From UHGV virus genome UHGV-1274323: a stretch of 41,059 nt of DNA; one strand, 5' to 3'. The notes under the pieces were generated by a model. That model made no database searches. It saw nothing but the letters and a program-made list of their open reading frames with translations, and was not told the origin of the DNA. The position numbers and the translations under genes were made by a program. Of this stretch, positions 26,101-35,681 are shown piece by piece (position 1 is the first letter of the stretch; each line of letters begins with the position of its first letter). Source of the DNA: a virus.

Positions 26101-29100
26101 TTCATCAGGACTCGTTGACTTCAAGGCAGAGAGCTCTTGTTCAAAAAAGCGCTGAATACGGATATGAGCTGCACTATTTTACTAAGGGGACCGTATTCAA
26201 TGATGGGGAAGAGGATAAGATTATTGATAAGCAGGCGTTTATGATCCCCGGTCTAAACGCCATCTTTGCCATGGATGGTCAGGACATAGATTTCCTTCAC
26301 CATGAGCTGTTTCATCAGTTTTTTGATGAGAACAAGCATGGAGAACGGGCGTTGTTTAATGGTGTTAATAACAATGCCAACGAAGACAGTGCGCAATGGG
26401 AGTATTATCGAAATCGGGCGAAAGAAGCATACCGACGCGAAATCCCCGACGAACTGCTCATAGAAGAAATCACCGCTGACCTTTGTGAATACGCCATGTC
26501 GGGATCGGAACAGATGCACCGGCGCCTGGATGGACTGTTTCCGGATGGGATGCTGGAGAAGCTGGCGGGGCAGGCGCGGGATGTGTTTGCGGCGAACAGG
26601 AAAGGAGAAAAAGGAAAAGCCGCCGAAGAAGCCGGCGGCGTGAGGTATTCGCTGGAAGGCTACACGGAGCATCAAAAGGAAAACTGGGCCAACAGCAAAA
26701 GTATTGTCCTGTATGAAAGCCAGGAGCAGTTGGAGAGGTTCATTGATGATGCGCTGGACAAAAGAAATCTCAGCAAAAAATTGTATTTTGGCCGGATACC
26801 TAATGAATTGGCTGAACGGGTAATGCGTGAAACTGGAATAAACATAAAAGGATATAATTGTACCATTCAGGCTCAGGAAATACGTAAAATCCTTTTGCAC
26901 TCACATGGAGACAGTGAGAGTGAACAGATGCGGGGACAGAGAGCAGTTACACGAGAAGATATCCTTCAAATTCCAGAAGTGATCGAATCCCCCGATATCA
27001 TTCGGCTTTCGTCCAAGCTATATGAAGGCAAGCCAGTTCTTCAATTTGTAAAAACCGTCGAAGGGAAAACCACGGTAGTATCATATGTTTCAAAAAAGCA
27101 TCGGGATTTAGCGGTTCAGACGATGTATGCAGGCATAAAGAAAGGAAGCCTTGCCACCGCGACAGATGCTCCGACGAGCGGCCCCCTGTCTCTCACGTCC
27201 GAAACGACCGTTGGTACAGCTTCCAATAACAGTATAGCAAAAAGCGTGAATACTGTCAACGATAGTCTTTCCCAAAGCGGCGCCGGTGTGATCTGGGAAA
27301 CGCCGGAAAATGAAGTTTCGGAATGGATTCGGGATCAGGCGGCGGTGCTGGACGCCATCGGGAAAGAATTCGGCTATCGTTTCCTTATCCGTTCCTCCCT
27401 GCTGGGAGGCAAGGCAAACGGACAGACAGTCCCCGGCAGCCGGGAGATCGTTCTTTCGGCGGACAGCATGGAGGAAGCGCTGCTGTACTGGGCGGGGCAT
27501 GAGGTGATCCATGATCTGCAGGTCAGCTATCCGGAGGGCTATGAGGAGATTTCCCGTCAGGTGCTGGAGTATCTGGGACAGCAGGAGCGCTTTGATCTTA
27601 ACCGGAGGAAGCAGCAGCTGATCAGGGAATACCGGCGCGGCGGACTGGAGCTGACGGAAGAAGAGGCGGAGGAGGAAATCGTCTGCAACGGCGCGGCCGT
27701 CGCTTTTGCCGACGAGGATTTCATCCGGGGATGTGCGGAAAGAAACCGGAGTCTGTTGGAATGGCTGAAGGAAAAGCTGAACAGCCTGCTAGCGCGCATC
27801 CGGGAGGTGCTGGCCCGGCTGACGCGGACCAACCCGGAGGTGCGTGCTTATGCGAAAGCCCCCCTGGAGACTCTTACCCGGTTGCAGCAGTCGGTGGAGA
27901 CGGCGCTGCGGGAAAGTGCCGGGAGGGCAGGCGGCAGGCAGTCCTTCCGGCGGTCCATGACCACGCGCACGAGTACGGACAGCCAGGGGAGGACACTGTC
28001 ACCGGAACAGGAGGAATTCTTCCGCAACAGTGCGATCCGGGACAAGGACGGTCATCTTCAGGTGATGTATCATGCCACGGATGCTCAGTTCACGGTGTTT
28101 GATAAGAAAAAGCAGGGAACTGTCACCGATGGCGGGATTTGGGGCCGTGGTTTTTACTTTGATGTAGAGGAATCCTTTGCCCTGGAGTTTGGGAGCAAGG
28201 CCACCGCGTATTATCTCAACGTAGCCCGGCCTTACCGCACTACCTATGAGGCTACCTGCGGGGAAATCATGGAGCTGTTCCGGGAAAACGGCATTCGAAT
28301 CCGTTTCCGCATGGACCCCGAAGAAGGATTGAATCGATTCATCCGCCGGTTTGGATATAAAAAGTTCAGCGAGGCGCTGCGCTTCCTGGGGTATGACGGG
28401 GTATTTGTCTCCGGGAATGAATGCGCTGTATACGAGCCCAATCAGATCAAGCGGATTGACAACCTGTCTCCGACGGAACAGGAGGATGTGCGCTATGCGG
28501 CCAAAGAAAAGCGGGGGCTGCGGTATTCCCTGCAGAATGTGGATGGAGCGGACATCGACAGTCTGACAGAGGAGAATGAGGCGCTGCGGCGCCAGGTGGA
28601 GCTGCTGAAGCAGGAGTTCCGGTTGACGGAGGGACACCAGGTAAGCAAGGCGGCAGTGGAAGGACTGGCGGCCAAGGTTCTGCGGCAGACCAAGAGTGTG
28701 TATGACAAGGACACGCTGGCGGGAAATCTGCAAACGGTGTTTCGCTACATAGCCAACGACCCGGAGGCCAATTTTCAGGAGACGATGGAGGTGCTCACCG
28801 ACATTGCCGGGAGCGTCCTTCAGGAATCCACGTCGATGAATCGTGACCTGTACAACGAGTACGCCGACATGCGGGAATATTTCCGAAAGACCCCGTTGTC
28901 CCTGTCGGAGGCGGCGAAAGCCGAGCTGACAGACGGCTATGCGGATTTTCGTTCCCGCAATTTCGGTATGCTCAATTTGAGATCGGGCGGAACTCTTCTG
29001 AATGAACTGTGGGGTGAAATCTGCGAAAAATGGCCGCAGTTCTTTGATGCGGATCTTGCCGAGACGGAACAGCCGTATGCGGTAGTAGACGCGCTGAATG

Positions 29101-32100
29101 CTGTAAAACCGGCCTATATCAATCCATATGGGATGAACAACGCCGATGCCGCCCGTGATCTGGCGATGCAGCTGTATTATGAATACTTCGAGCTGCCGGA
29201 GGTGCATACCTTTGCGGACAAGCATAAAGCGGAGCTGGAGAAGCTCCGTGCAGAGTACCGCCGGAAGCTGCTGGATGCCCGTTCCGCCGCCCGCGACCAG
29301 TACAACAAACGGCTGGAAGAGGTACAGGAATGGAATGCCGGGAAGCGGCGGGAGCTGTCCAAGAAAATCCGTGAGACGGAGAACGCCAAACGTAAGCAGC
29401 AGCTGGCGGCCCAATACCGGCGGCTGATGGACCGGAAGGCGGAGCAGCTGGAAAGGCAGAAAGCCAAATTCCGGACCCAATGGGAAAATCGTGAGGCAAA
29501 CCGCCGGGAGCGGGAGGAGATTCGGAAACTGCGGACCCGGATTCGTTCCATTGCCGACGAACTGAGTAAGCGGTTGGTAAAGGAAACGGATCAGAAAAAC
29601 ATTCCGGAGGATTTCAAAAAGCCGGTGGCCGAGCTGCTGTCGATGCTGGATTTCACCACCGACCGGACGGAATCGGACAGCCAGGCAAGCCGGCGTCTGC
29701 GGGATTTACAGGCGGCCTATGCCAAGCTGGAAAGCGCTACCCAAGGAGAGGAAACGCCCCTTACTGACTACTTTGACCCGGATATTCTGAATATGATCGA
29801 GGAAGTGGCGGGACTGGTAGAGGGCAAGCGGGTGATTGATCTGGGGGTCCAAGAGCTTTCCCGGCTCAAGGATTTATTGAAGTCCATCTCCACCATTGTT
29901 CATAACGCCGGAAGGCTGTTCCGCGAGGATAAAGCGGTGACGGTAGCGGAGGCTGGAAAGGAAGCTATCCGCGTCCTCAACGCCAAAAAGCAGTTCCGGC
30001 GGGCCAAAATTGCGGAAGGGGAGAACAATCCCTTTGGATTTATGAGTGATTTGCTGGGCAAGGGGATGCTGACACCGTATTATTTCTTCAAGCAGTTGGA
30101 CGGACCGATGTGGGAACTGTTCCAGAAGGTGTATGACGGTGAGGATGTCCATACGGTGCTGCTGGCCCAGGCGGAGCAATACGCCAAGGAGACCATGGAG
30201 CGATATCACTTCCACGACTGGGACCGGTACGAGCTGAAAAAGGTCGGCCCGGTAGTGGTAAAGGATGAATCCGTCCCGTTCCAAACAGCCGGCGGGGATA
30301 CAGTCAGGCTGACTTTAGGCGAAATGCTGTCCCTGCATTCCCTTTACCGCCGGGATACGTATAAGAAAACCCATCACCTGGACAAAGGCGGTTTTGCCCT
30401 AGAGCGGGACGAAAAGGGGACAAGGCGGTTCGTCCTCTTCACAGACGAAGATTTTCTAAAGCTGGATGGGATGATTACCGAAGAGCAGAAGAAATTCTGG
30501 GATACGATGCTAAAATACCTGAGCAATGATGTTGCGGGGTGGATCAACGACACCTCCATGAAGCTGCTCGGCATCCGGAAAGCGACGGACACGTTCTATT
30601 TTCCCACGGAGGTAAGCGATACCGCCCTGCGGACGGAGCCAAGGCACGGTGCGGCCTCACCAGTGCTGAATCCGCCATTCCTGCGCCGGACCAGGGAAAA
30701 CGCCAACGCACCTGTGGTGGTGCGCGACGCCCTGACCGTGTGGACGGAACACGTGCAGCAGGCGGCGCTGTTCCGGGCATTCGGGATGCCGGTCCGGGAT
30801 CTGCTGCGGGTATGGAATTACAAATACCCCGGGGAACCGGGGCTGACCGTGAAGGCGGCCGTGCAGGGAGCTTTCGGCATACGGGCCAACGAATATATCG
30901 CCGATTTCCTGAGCGATCTGGACGGCGGTGTACAGCCCCAGCGGGAGACGGGATTGTTAAACTGGGGTATCACGCGGTTCAAGAAGCTGTCCGTGCTGGG
31001 GAACCTCCGCGTGGCCATCCAGCAGGCAATCTCCCTGGTCCGGGCGCTGCCGGATGTGAAGCTGAAATATCTGTTGATTCCGATCACCCCCGCCCAGATA
31101 AAACGGGAATATGAAGAGGCTATGCACTACGCGCCGGTGTATCGGCTCAAGAAATGGGGCAGTTTTGATGTTGGAATGGGTCAGGGCTTTCTGGAACGCC
31201 TTCTGGAGCAGGAGTATAAGGGCCTGTCCAAGGTCAAGGGCCTGGTGGCCGATTCCCGGTACCGCGATCAGGCAATGGGATTCCTGGCGGAAAAAGGAGA
31301 TGAGGTTGCCTGGGCGATTCTGTGGCGCGCGTACAAGCTCACCACGCGGGACGAGCATCCCGAGCTAGTAAAGGGGAGTGAGGCATTTTTCCGGGAGGCC
31401 GCCCGGTTGGCTACGGATTCTATCCGGAAAAGCCAGTGGTATGATTCCGTTTTCAAACGCAGCGCGATGATGCGTTCCAAGGATACCGGTGCGAAAATGG
31501 CCACCGCCTTTGTGGGAGAACCCACCACGATTTATAACATGCTGCTGGACGCCGCCAACGAGGCGAAAAGCGGAAAGGCGGGGTCAAAGAAGAAAGCGGG
31601 AAAGATATTTAAAGCTGTCCTCGCCAGCGGAATTCTTGGCGCTTTGGTGGTCAGTATCGCGGACGCTATGCGGGATGACGAAGACGAAAAGAAGGACGAG
31701 AACGGCAATATCATCGGGACCCGTTCCTTCTGGGACAAGTACTTGGAGGCTGTGCCGGAGAATTTCGTTGACAGTTACCTTGGGCTGATCCCGTATATTA
31801 AGGATGTCGTGTCCATCTTCCAGGGCTATGAAGTAAAACGCACGGATATGGAGCATTTCCAGAAGCTATATTATGCTCTGACGAAGCTGGGCAGTGACGA
31901 ATATACCACGGCAGAAAAAATAGATATTCTGGCAGGAGCGGCTACCGCCCTATTCGGCATCCCTTACGCCAATGTTTCTCGCGATCTGAAGGCGATTTAC
32001 CGGACCTTTTTCGGAGACGGCACAGATGGAACCGCCAGCTACCGGGGATATCTGCTGTACCGGTCGGTGCTGGAGGGAGACAAAGAGACCTATCAGGAGC

Positions 32101-32768
32101 TTTACAACGGATACCGGGAAGACGGTAAGACGGACAAGGAAATTCAAGGGGTGCTCCGTTCCGAGCTGGCTACCTATAGCCCCCTGATTTCGGAATCGGT
32201 GGCGGCGAAGCTGAACGGGGATCTGAATGCTTATGAAGCCGATATTCAGAAGATGATCCAGTCCGGATTCCAGCGTGAGATGGTTATTGATGCGGTGAAG
32301 AACTTTGAGCAGAAGCTGAAAACCATTGCCGGATACCGGGTGGACGGGAAGACAGAAGAAGCAGAAAAAGCACTGGCCAAGCTGTTTCCGCCGGAAGTGG
32401 ACGAGGAAACCCGAAAAACGATTGAAGCAAGAATTGATACGCTCACGGAAAAGAAGGCTGCCGAGCCGGAAGAGGAGGAAGAAGAACCCTCCTCCAGCCT
32501 GTACACTTATACCGATCTGTGCGAGGCAATCGAAAGGGGAGAGTCAAACAATGTCTCCAGGATTCTCCAGGATATGCGGAAAAACGGGAAGGAGGATAAA
32601 ACCATTCGGACTCAGGTAACCAGATACTTTAAGCCCTTGTATATCGTCTGTTATCAAAATAGGGATAAAGAGGGAATGAAGAAAATCGAGAAGGCTTTGT
32701 ACGCTTTGGACCTGGGGTACGATTACAAGGATTTTGAAGCGTGGACCGATCCTAAGGAGGACGAATAA
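23190..32768 (+). CDS. Giant 3192-aa virion protein: tape-measure/ejection-protein-like scaffold carrying embedded effector domains (polyvalent-protein-like)
   Basis: Single 9579-nt ORF with RBS GGGGGGTGTGAGGGAAAA-ATG and a strong terminator downstream. Gly/Ala-rich hydrophobic stretches at aa ~330-560. Long coiled coil at aa ~1790-2000. PARP-like ART motif set at aa ~1620-1760. HExxH at nt 26301-26315 and 27498-27512. A low-GC cassette lies at 25870-27300. Confidence 0.8.
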   Translation: MTFRDYLKNRGREEKEDSALTRLAEKKVSSTESERMSFRDFLRGAGQDSTSGGAQDNLFTQIKEERRARSWANSADSFLQKIQNDYSARHEGGYQSPESIQEYKKSVSSELQELLDGVKDAKQFASQITDEEKRKKYEKMVSDTQHYLQSVDWRLDLEERYWDKWDSEDSYNQWKKEYDRQKELDSYQQSILSRPDFEEYARKGAATENISLRDATDARGQFRSGSDELIGNKVTFTRDNAQSRPWETAAHSSIKPDIEERYTYMTDDEVSIYNYLLAKEGEEKADEYLATLTPYLNYRQGEDMAEKRKGSFLDTVGLSLTSGLDQFISGVRGWFTEEAEPVSATQIAAELARENIGSDIGKFAFDAGRVLGNMAPSIALGMVTGGVGSAAGLGTAGVQMANAVGTGLSVGASAGGNNYQQALREGYSVPQARTYGLTTGALEAGLQTVLGATAKGAGLVTSKVSSSLSNLVKSASQKVAVKVGMSALGEGFEEYLQEILNPVVRNLTLGEDNEFQLFTEEALYNGMLGAITGGLFSAADAGASRVSNPFFSVYGTEGSVSTQTDESGNVLGYMHFNRQGDIDGYVRVAKDGEAAIHKPFTSYENIQAYAYVDKEGVTQYGRVNADGEVVTGSFRPNDTADAGAASSVEADAVSSTETATGSVDTHAADGPANIPALYQLAQDAAANRQATPAGTAKGAVRTNGTPAADGENIRAASARPEDTSRAATSGQQGGTIANTGIRTDHTAEANALLAISGQEAAPVTVSGIGSVEDGNVRVTLSGGETVSLEDVSFDSQETESLYYAASDYTTPTARAFVSGYTGELPLKTYKVAFDFIRSQAREGVSFDTAVKQAGLAGQMMGLEAQQLAWYSGVNETAALHKAGENGTISTTKEGSRDNGEEEIHIRQYQGSAGGPDGGTRKENKKRSELSKRSGGVQETPQRVEKSLSGATKKRKRVVISSNEGNFSFDSIHQDSLTSRQRALVQKSAEYGYELHYFTKGTVFNDGEEDKIIDKQAFMIPGLNAIFAMDGQDIDFLHHELFHQFFDENKHGERALFNGVNNNANEDSAQWEYYRNRAKEAYRREIPDELLIEEITADLCEYAMSGSEQMHRRLDGLFPDGMLEKLAGQARDVFAANRKGEKGKAAEEAGGVRYSLEGYTEHQKENWANSKSIVLYESQEQLERFIDDALDKRNLSKKLYFGRIPNELAERVMRETGINIKGYNCTIQAQEIRKILLHSHGDSESEQMRGQRAVTREDILQIPEVIESPDIIRLSSKLYEGKPVLQFVKTVEGKTTVVSYVSKKHRDLAVQTMYAGIKKGSLATATDAPTSGPLSLTSETTVGTASNNSIAKSVNTVNDSLSQSGAGVIWETPENEVSEWIRDQAAVLDAIGKEFGYRFLIRSSLLGGKANGQTVPGSREIVLSADSMEEALLYWAGHEVIHDLQVSYPEGYEEISRQVLEYLGQQERFDLNRRKQQLIREYRRGGLELTEEEAEEEIVCNGAAVAFADEDFIRGCAERNRSLLEWLKEKLNSLLARIREVLARLTRTNPEVRAYAKAPLETLTRLQQSVETALRESAGRAGGRQSFRRSMTTRTSTDSQGRTLSPEQEEFFRNSAIRDKDGHLQVMYHATDAQFTVFDKKKQGTVTDGGIWGRGFYFDVEESFALEFGSKATAYYLNVARPYRTTYEATCGEIMELFRENGIRIRFRMDPEEGLNRFIRRFGYKKFSEALRFLGYDGVFVSGNECAVYEPNQIKRIDNLSPTEQEDVRYAAKEKRGLRYSLQNVDGADIDSLTEENEALRRQVELLKQEFRLTEGHQVSKAAVEGLAAKVLRQTKSVYDKDTLAGNLQTVFRYIANDPEANFQETMEVLTDIAGSVLQESTSMNRDLYNEYADMREYFRKTPLSLSEAAKAELTDGYADFRSRNFGMLNLRSGGTLLNELWGEICEKWPQFFDADLAETEQPYAVVDALNAVKPAYINPYGMNNADAARDLAMQLYYEYFELPEVHTFADKHKAELEKLRAEYRRKLLDARSAARDQYNKRLEEVQEWNAGKRRELSKKIRETENAKRKQQLAAQYRRLMDRKAEQLERQKAKFRTQWENREANRREREEIRKLRTRIRSIADELSKRLVKETDQKNIPEDFKKPVAELLSMLDFTTDRTESDSQASRRLRDLQAAYAKLESATQGEETPLTDYFDPDILNMIEEVAGLVEGKRVIDLGVQELSRLKDLLKSISTIVHNAGRLFREDKAVTVAEAGKEAIRVLNAKKQFRRAKIAEGENNPFGFMSDLLGKGMLTPYYFFKQLDGPMWELFQKVYDGEDVHTVLLAQAEQYAKETMERYHFHDWDRYELKKVGPVVVKDESVPFQTAGGDTVRLTLGEMLSLHSLYRRDTYKKTHHLDKGGFALERDEKGTRRFVLFTDEDFLKLDGMITEEQKKFWDTMLKYLSNDVAGWINDTSMKLLGIRKATDTFYFPTEVSDTALRTEPRHGAASPVLNPPFLRRTRENANAPVVVRDALTVWTEHVQQAALFRAFGMPVRDLLRVWNYKYPGEPGLTVKAAVQGAFGIRANEYIADFLSDLDGGVQPQRETGLLNWGITRFKKLSVLGNLRVAIQQAISLVRALPDVKLKYLLIPITPAQIKREYEEAMHYAPVYRLKKWGSFDVGMGQGFLERLLEQEYKGLSKVKGLVADSRYRDQAMGFLAEKGDEVAWAILWRAYKLTTRDEHPELVKGSEAFFREAARLATDSIRKSQWYDSVFKRSAMMRSKDTGAKMATAFVGEPTTIYNMLLDAANEAKSGKAGSKKKAGKIFKAVLASGILGALVVSIADAMRDDEDEKKDENGNIIGTRSFWDKYLEAVPENFVDSYLGLIPYIKDVVSIFQGYEVKRTDMEHFQKLYYALTKLGSDEYTTAEKIDILAGAATALFGIPYANVSRDLKAIYRTFFGDGTDGTASYRGYLLYRSVLEGDKETYQELYNGYREDGKTDKEIQGVLRSELATYSPLISESVAAKLNGDLNAYEADIQKMIQSGFQREMVIDAVKNFEQKLKTIAGYRVDGKTEEAEKALAKLFPPEVDEETRKTIEARIDTLTEKKAAEPEEEEEEPSSSLYTYTDLCEAIERGESNNVSRILQDMRKNGKEDKTIRTQVTRYFKPLYIVCYQNRDKEGMKKIEKALYALDLGYDYKDFEAWTDPKEDE
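28040..28470 (+). other. PARP-like (H-Y-E class) ADP-ribosyltransferase-type catalytic signature inside the giant ORF
   Basis: VMYHATDAQF (His) … GIWGRGFYFD (Gly-x-Gly-x-Tyr-Phe) … NECAVYEPNQIKRIDNL (Glu-x-x-x-Tyr-x-x-x-Gln). These parallel PARP's WHGS / GKGIYFAD / NEYIVYDIAQVNLKYLL. Confidence 0.55.
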
Positions 32769-32770
32769 GC

Positions 32771-32801
32771 GAGGTGGGGAGAGATTCTCCCCACCTTTTG
32801 T
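32771..32801 (+). terminator. Rho-independent terminator after the giant gene
   Basis: GGTGGGGAGAG-att-CTCCCCACC followed by TTTTG. Confidence 0.75.
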
Positions 32802-32826
32802 TATGCTGGGGACAGGAGGGATGACT

Positions 32827-35667
32827 ATGCCGCCGGTAAGAACCATTGAATTTAAAGTAACTCATGCGGGCCTGGTCCCTGGTTCTCCTCAATTTGCCGG
32901 AGTGCAGGGGGAACACAATGCTACCCGTGTCAGCTTTTTGCTGGATACCGTCTTACAGACGGGATATGTGTACCGTATTGAATATGTGGATGGACGGGGA
33001 AACTGGGATACGACGGATCTGCTGACCATTTCCGATGGCGCCATCGCCTATGACTTGCCGTCTGCCTGGACGCGCAATGGAGGGGAAGCGGAAATCCATC
33101 TGGTGGCGTCTGCGCTCGATTCGGAGGGTAAAGAAACACAGACCTATTTTTCCCTGGCGGGAAAGCTGTACTATGAAGACAAGTCCGCCGATGAAACCGG
33201 TGAAACCAAAGCGGGCCTGACCGAACTGATACAGGATACCCATGAGGCAATCGACGAAGCGAACCAGGCCACGGATAATGCAAATGAAGCAGCGGAACGG
33301 GCAAACAATGCCACCGGGGCGTTGAATCAGGCGCTGTCCGATGTGGAAGAAGCCATCGACGGGGCCAATGCAGCGCGGGATGCGGCGAATCTGGCGGCTC
33401 AGGAGGCGAAAGAAGCGGCGGCAACGGCAGAAGAGGAAGCGGAGGCGGCCCATCAGATTACTTTGGCAGCCCAGGCAGCGGCAGGGAAAGCAGATACCGC
33501 GGCGACCGCTGCCCAAAATGCAGCTTCGGCGGCGCAGTCCGCTGCATCCGCGGCCAATACAGCGGCGGGAACGGCCAATACCGCTGCCGGGACTGCAAAC
33601 GCGGCCGCATCCGCAGCCAACGCAGCCGCCGAGGCGGCAAATGAAGCGGCAGACGCGGCCAACGAAGCAGCGGGGAGCATCGCCGATAAAGTAGACACAG
33701 TGGACGCACTGCCAGTGTACGCGATGACGCGGAGCAGCGATCCCACCGATTGCTGGCAGCCGACGCCAGGGATCGCCGTGCCGGATACCGGGCCATATAC
33801 CGGAATGGCAATCCGCGCGGTGTGGGAAGAAGAATGGGATGCGTCTGTGCCAATATGGGCTTTTGGCGATATATACAGTATGCGGGCAAGTGGACATCAT
33901 CCTGCCGGAACCTATATCCTGACGTTTACATCATCTTATGACTGGACTGTGCAGCCACTGGACATGGCATACACAGACGAACGGGCGGAGCAGGCAGCTG
34001 ACGAAGCGGCGGAGGCTCACGCAGCGCAGGTGCGGCGGACGTATCAGCCCGCGTGGAAGCGCACTGCAGGAGGCTGTCCGGTGTCTGTTGCGGATGCGGC
34101 GGAAGGGGCCGACCTGTCCAGCTTGGTACTCAAGGGCCGGACGGTGGTGTCTGGTACGCCTTCTCCCGATGCACCCGTCACCATTACCGGGGTGAAGCCT
34201 CAGACAGTGGCTGTGACGGGGAAGAATTTGATTCCACCCAAGGCGGCTTCGGAAACCATCAACGGAGTGACGTGCACCGTCAATGCTGATGGGAGCTTAA
34301 CTCTCAACGGCACGGCGACAGCGACGGCAACTTTCAGGGTATCCGATTTTGCTTTGTGTCCCGGAGTGTACACCATATCCTCCGGGAAAATCCTTAATCA
34401 GGGGGATAACCTCATCCTACGCAAGCAATCTCAAGAGGTATGGCTGAATTATGCAGGACATGCCTCTCCCTCCCAAACAAAATTGATCGGATACAAGGGT
34501 ATGGTGAGAGTGTACCTAAACCTAAAAGAGGGGTCAACGTATACAAACCTAACCATCTATCCTCAGCTGGAGGCGGGCAGCGAGGCCACAAGCTACAAGC
34601 CATACCGAGGGGAAACGATTACACCGGACGAGGTGGAGCTGTACGGGGATGCTCATGCCGTAGGGAAGAACCTGATTCCCACTTTTGAAGGATCAGCATC
34701 TATAAATGGAATATCTGTATCCATCAACACGGACGGCAGCATCACGCTGAACGGCACGGCAACGGAAACGGCATTTATCAATTTCCCGCACATGATGATT
34801 AAGGCAGGAACCTACACACTGTCAACGGGAATTGTATTGCCCTCAGGAACCTTTATTACCCTGCGTGAGGGAGGGGCCAGTGCGAAAATGCTTTTATCCG
34901 TATATGATACTGCCTCATCCAAGTCGGGGGCCATCTCCTATAGCGGAGATGCTTTTGTGTATTTTGCGGTACAAGCCGGCACAACGGTATCCAATCTGAC
35001 CATCTATCCTCAGCTGGAAGCGGGCAGCGAAGCGACGGCGTACGAACCCTACCAGGGAATGACCACAGCACTGGAGGATGGGGACAGCCTGGACCTAGCG
35101 ACAGGAGAGGTAGTCCGCCGGTGGAAGCGGCTGGAACTGGACGGGACGGAGAAATGGACGATACGGTCGGCCAATGAGCACGGCCTTACCAACTTTAGCT
35201 TGATAATGATTGATCCTTATCTTACCAAGTTCCCGAACGTATATTGTACACACTATCCCACCCAGAACACATTATTTGCGGATACGACAGACCGAGGCAT
35301 ATTACTATCGGCAAATTACACTATCTACATCCGCGAAACATACACAACAGTAGAGGATTTCAAAGCCTACCTAGCAGCGCAGAAAGAAGCCGGAACACCG
35401 GTGACCGTGTTGTACAGGATGAAAAAACCGGAGGTAGTGTCCGGATGGGCTCACTCCCTTGCGCAGCCGGAAGGGGAGATGGTGATCTCAGCCCTGGGGA
35501 CAAGGGGAGAGACGGCGGAAGCCGTGGACACGGAGGCTCTTTATACCTACCGGCCGGATTGGGACGATGTTTTGAGCCGTCTGGCGGCGCTGGAGGAGAT
35601 TGTGTCCGGTGGAATTATCAGCGGTTCGGTTCGGGTAAGTCCCAACATGGGAATTAAAATAGTGTAA
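32827..35667 (+). CDS. Tail fibre / receptor-binding protein with Ala-rich coiled coil and duplicated distal domain
   Basis: RBS GGACAGGAGGG. About 180 aa of Ala-rich heptad-like sequence (nt ~33180-33720). Two ~130-aa paralogous modules each end [21 protein letters not shown] (nt ~34210-35060). Confidence 0.6.
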   Translation: MPPVRTIEFKVTHAGLVPGSPQFAGVQGEHNATRVSFLLDTVLQTGYVYRIEYVDGRGNWDTTDLLTISDGAIAYDLPSAWTRNGGEAEIHLVASALDSEGKETQTYFSLAGKLYYEDKSADETGETKAGLTELIQDTHEAIDEANQATDNANEAAERANNATGALNQALSDVEEAIDGANAARDAANLAAQEAKEAAATAEEEAEAAHQITLAAQAAAGKADTAATAAQNAASAAQSAASAANTAAGTANTAAGTANAAASAANAAAEAANEAADAANEAAGSIADKVDTVDALPVYAMTRSSDPTDCWQPTPGIAVPDTGPYTGMAIRAVWEEEWDASVPIWAFGDIYSMRASGHHPAGTYILTFTSSYDWTVQPLDMAYTDERAEQAADEAAEAHAAQVRRTYQPAWKRTAGGCPVSVADAAEGADLSSLVLKGRTVVSGTPSPDAPVTITGVKPQTVAVTGKNLIPPKAASETINGVTCTVNADGSLTLNGTATATATFRVSDFALCPGVYTISSGKILNQGDNLILRKQSQEVWLNYAGHASPSQTKLIGYKGMVRVYLNLKEGSTYTNLTIYPQLEAGSEATSYKPYRGETITPDEVELYGDAHAVGKNLIPTFEGSASINGISVSINTDGSITLNGTATETAFINFPHMMIKAGTYTLSTGIVLPSGTFITLREGGASAKMLLSVYDTASSKSGAISYSGDAFVYFAVQAGTTVSNLTIYPQLEAGSEATAYEPYQGMTTALEDGDSLDLATGEVVRRWKRLELDGTEKWTIRSANEHGLTNFSLIMIDPYLTKFPNVYCTHYPTQNTLFADTTDRGILLSANYTIYIRETYTTVEDFKAYLAAQKEAGTPVTVLYRMKKPEVVSGWAHSLAQPEGEMVISALGTRGETAEAVDTEALYTYRPDWDDVLSRLAALEEIVSGGIISGSVRVSPNMGIKIV

Positions 35668-35681
35668 AAGGAGGAAAAAAG

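Noticed and set aside
24756-29480. Minus-strand ORFs inside the giant gene (24756..25910, 27999..29480 and others)
   Set aside because: Antisense shadows of the 9.6-kb plus-strand ORF. No start signals, and biased composition.
32953-33900. Minus-strand ORFs across the Ala-rich coiled-coil region of the fibre gene
   Set aside because: GCN-codon repeats are open in several frames. The antisense products are Arg/Cys/Gly low-complexity.
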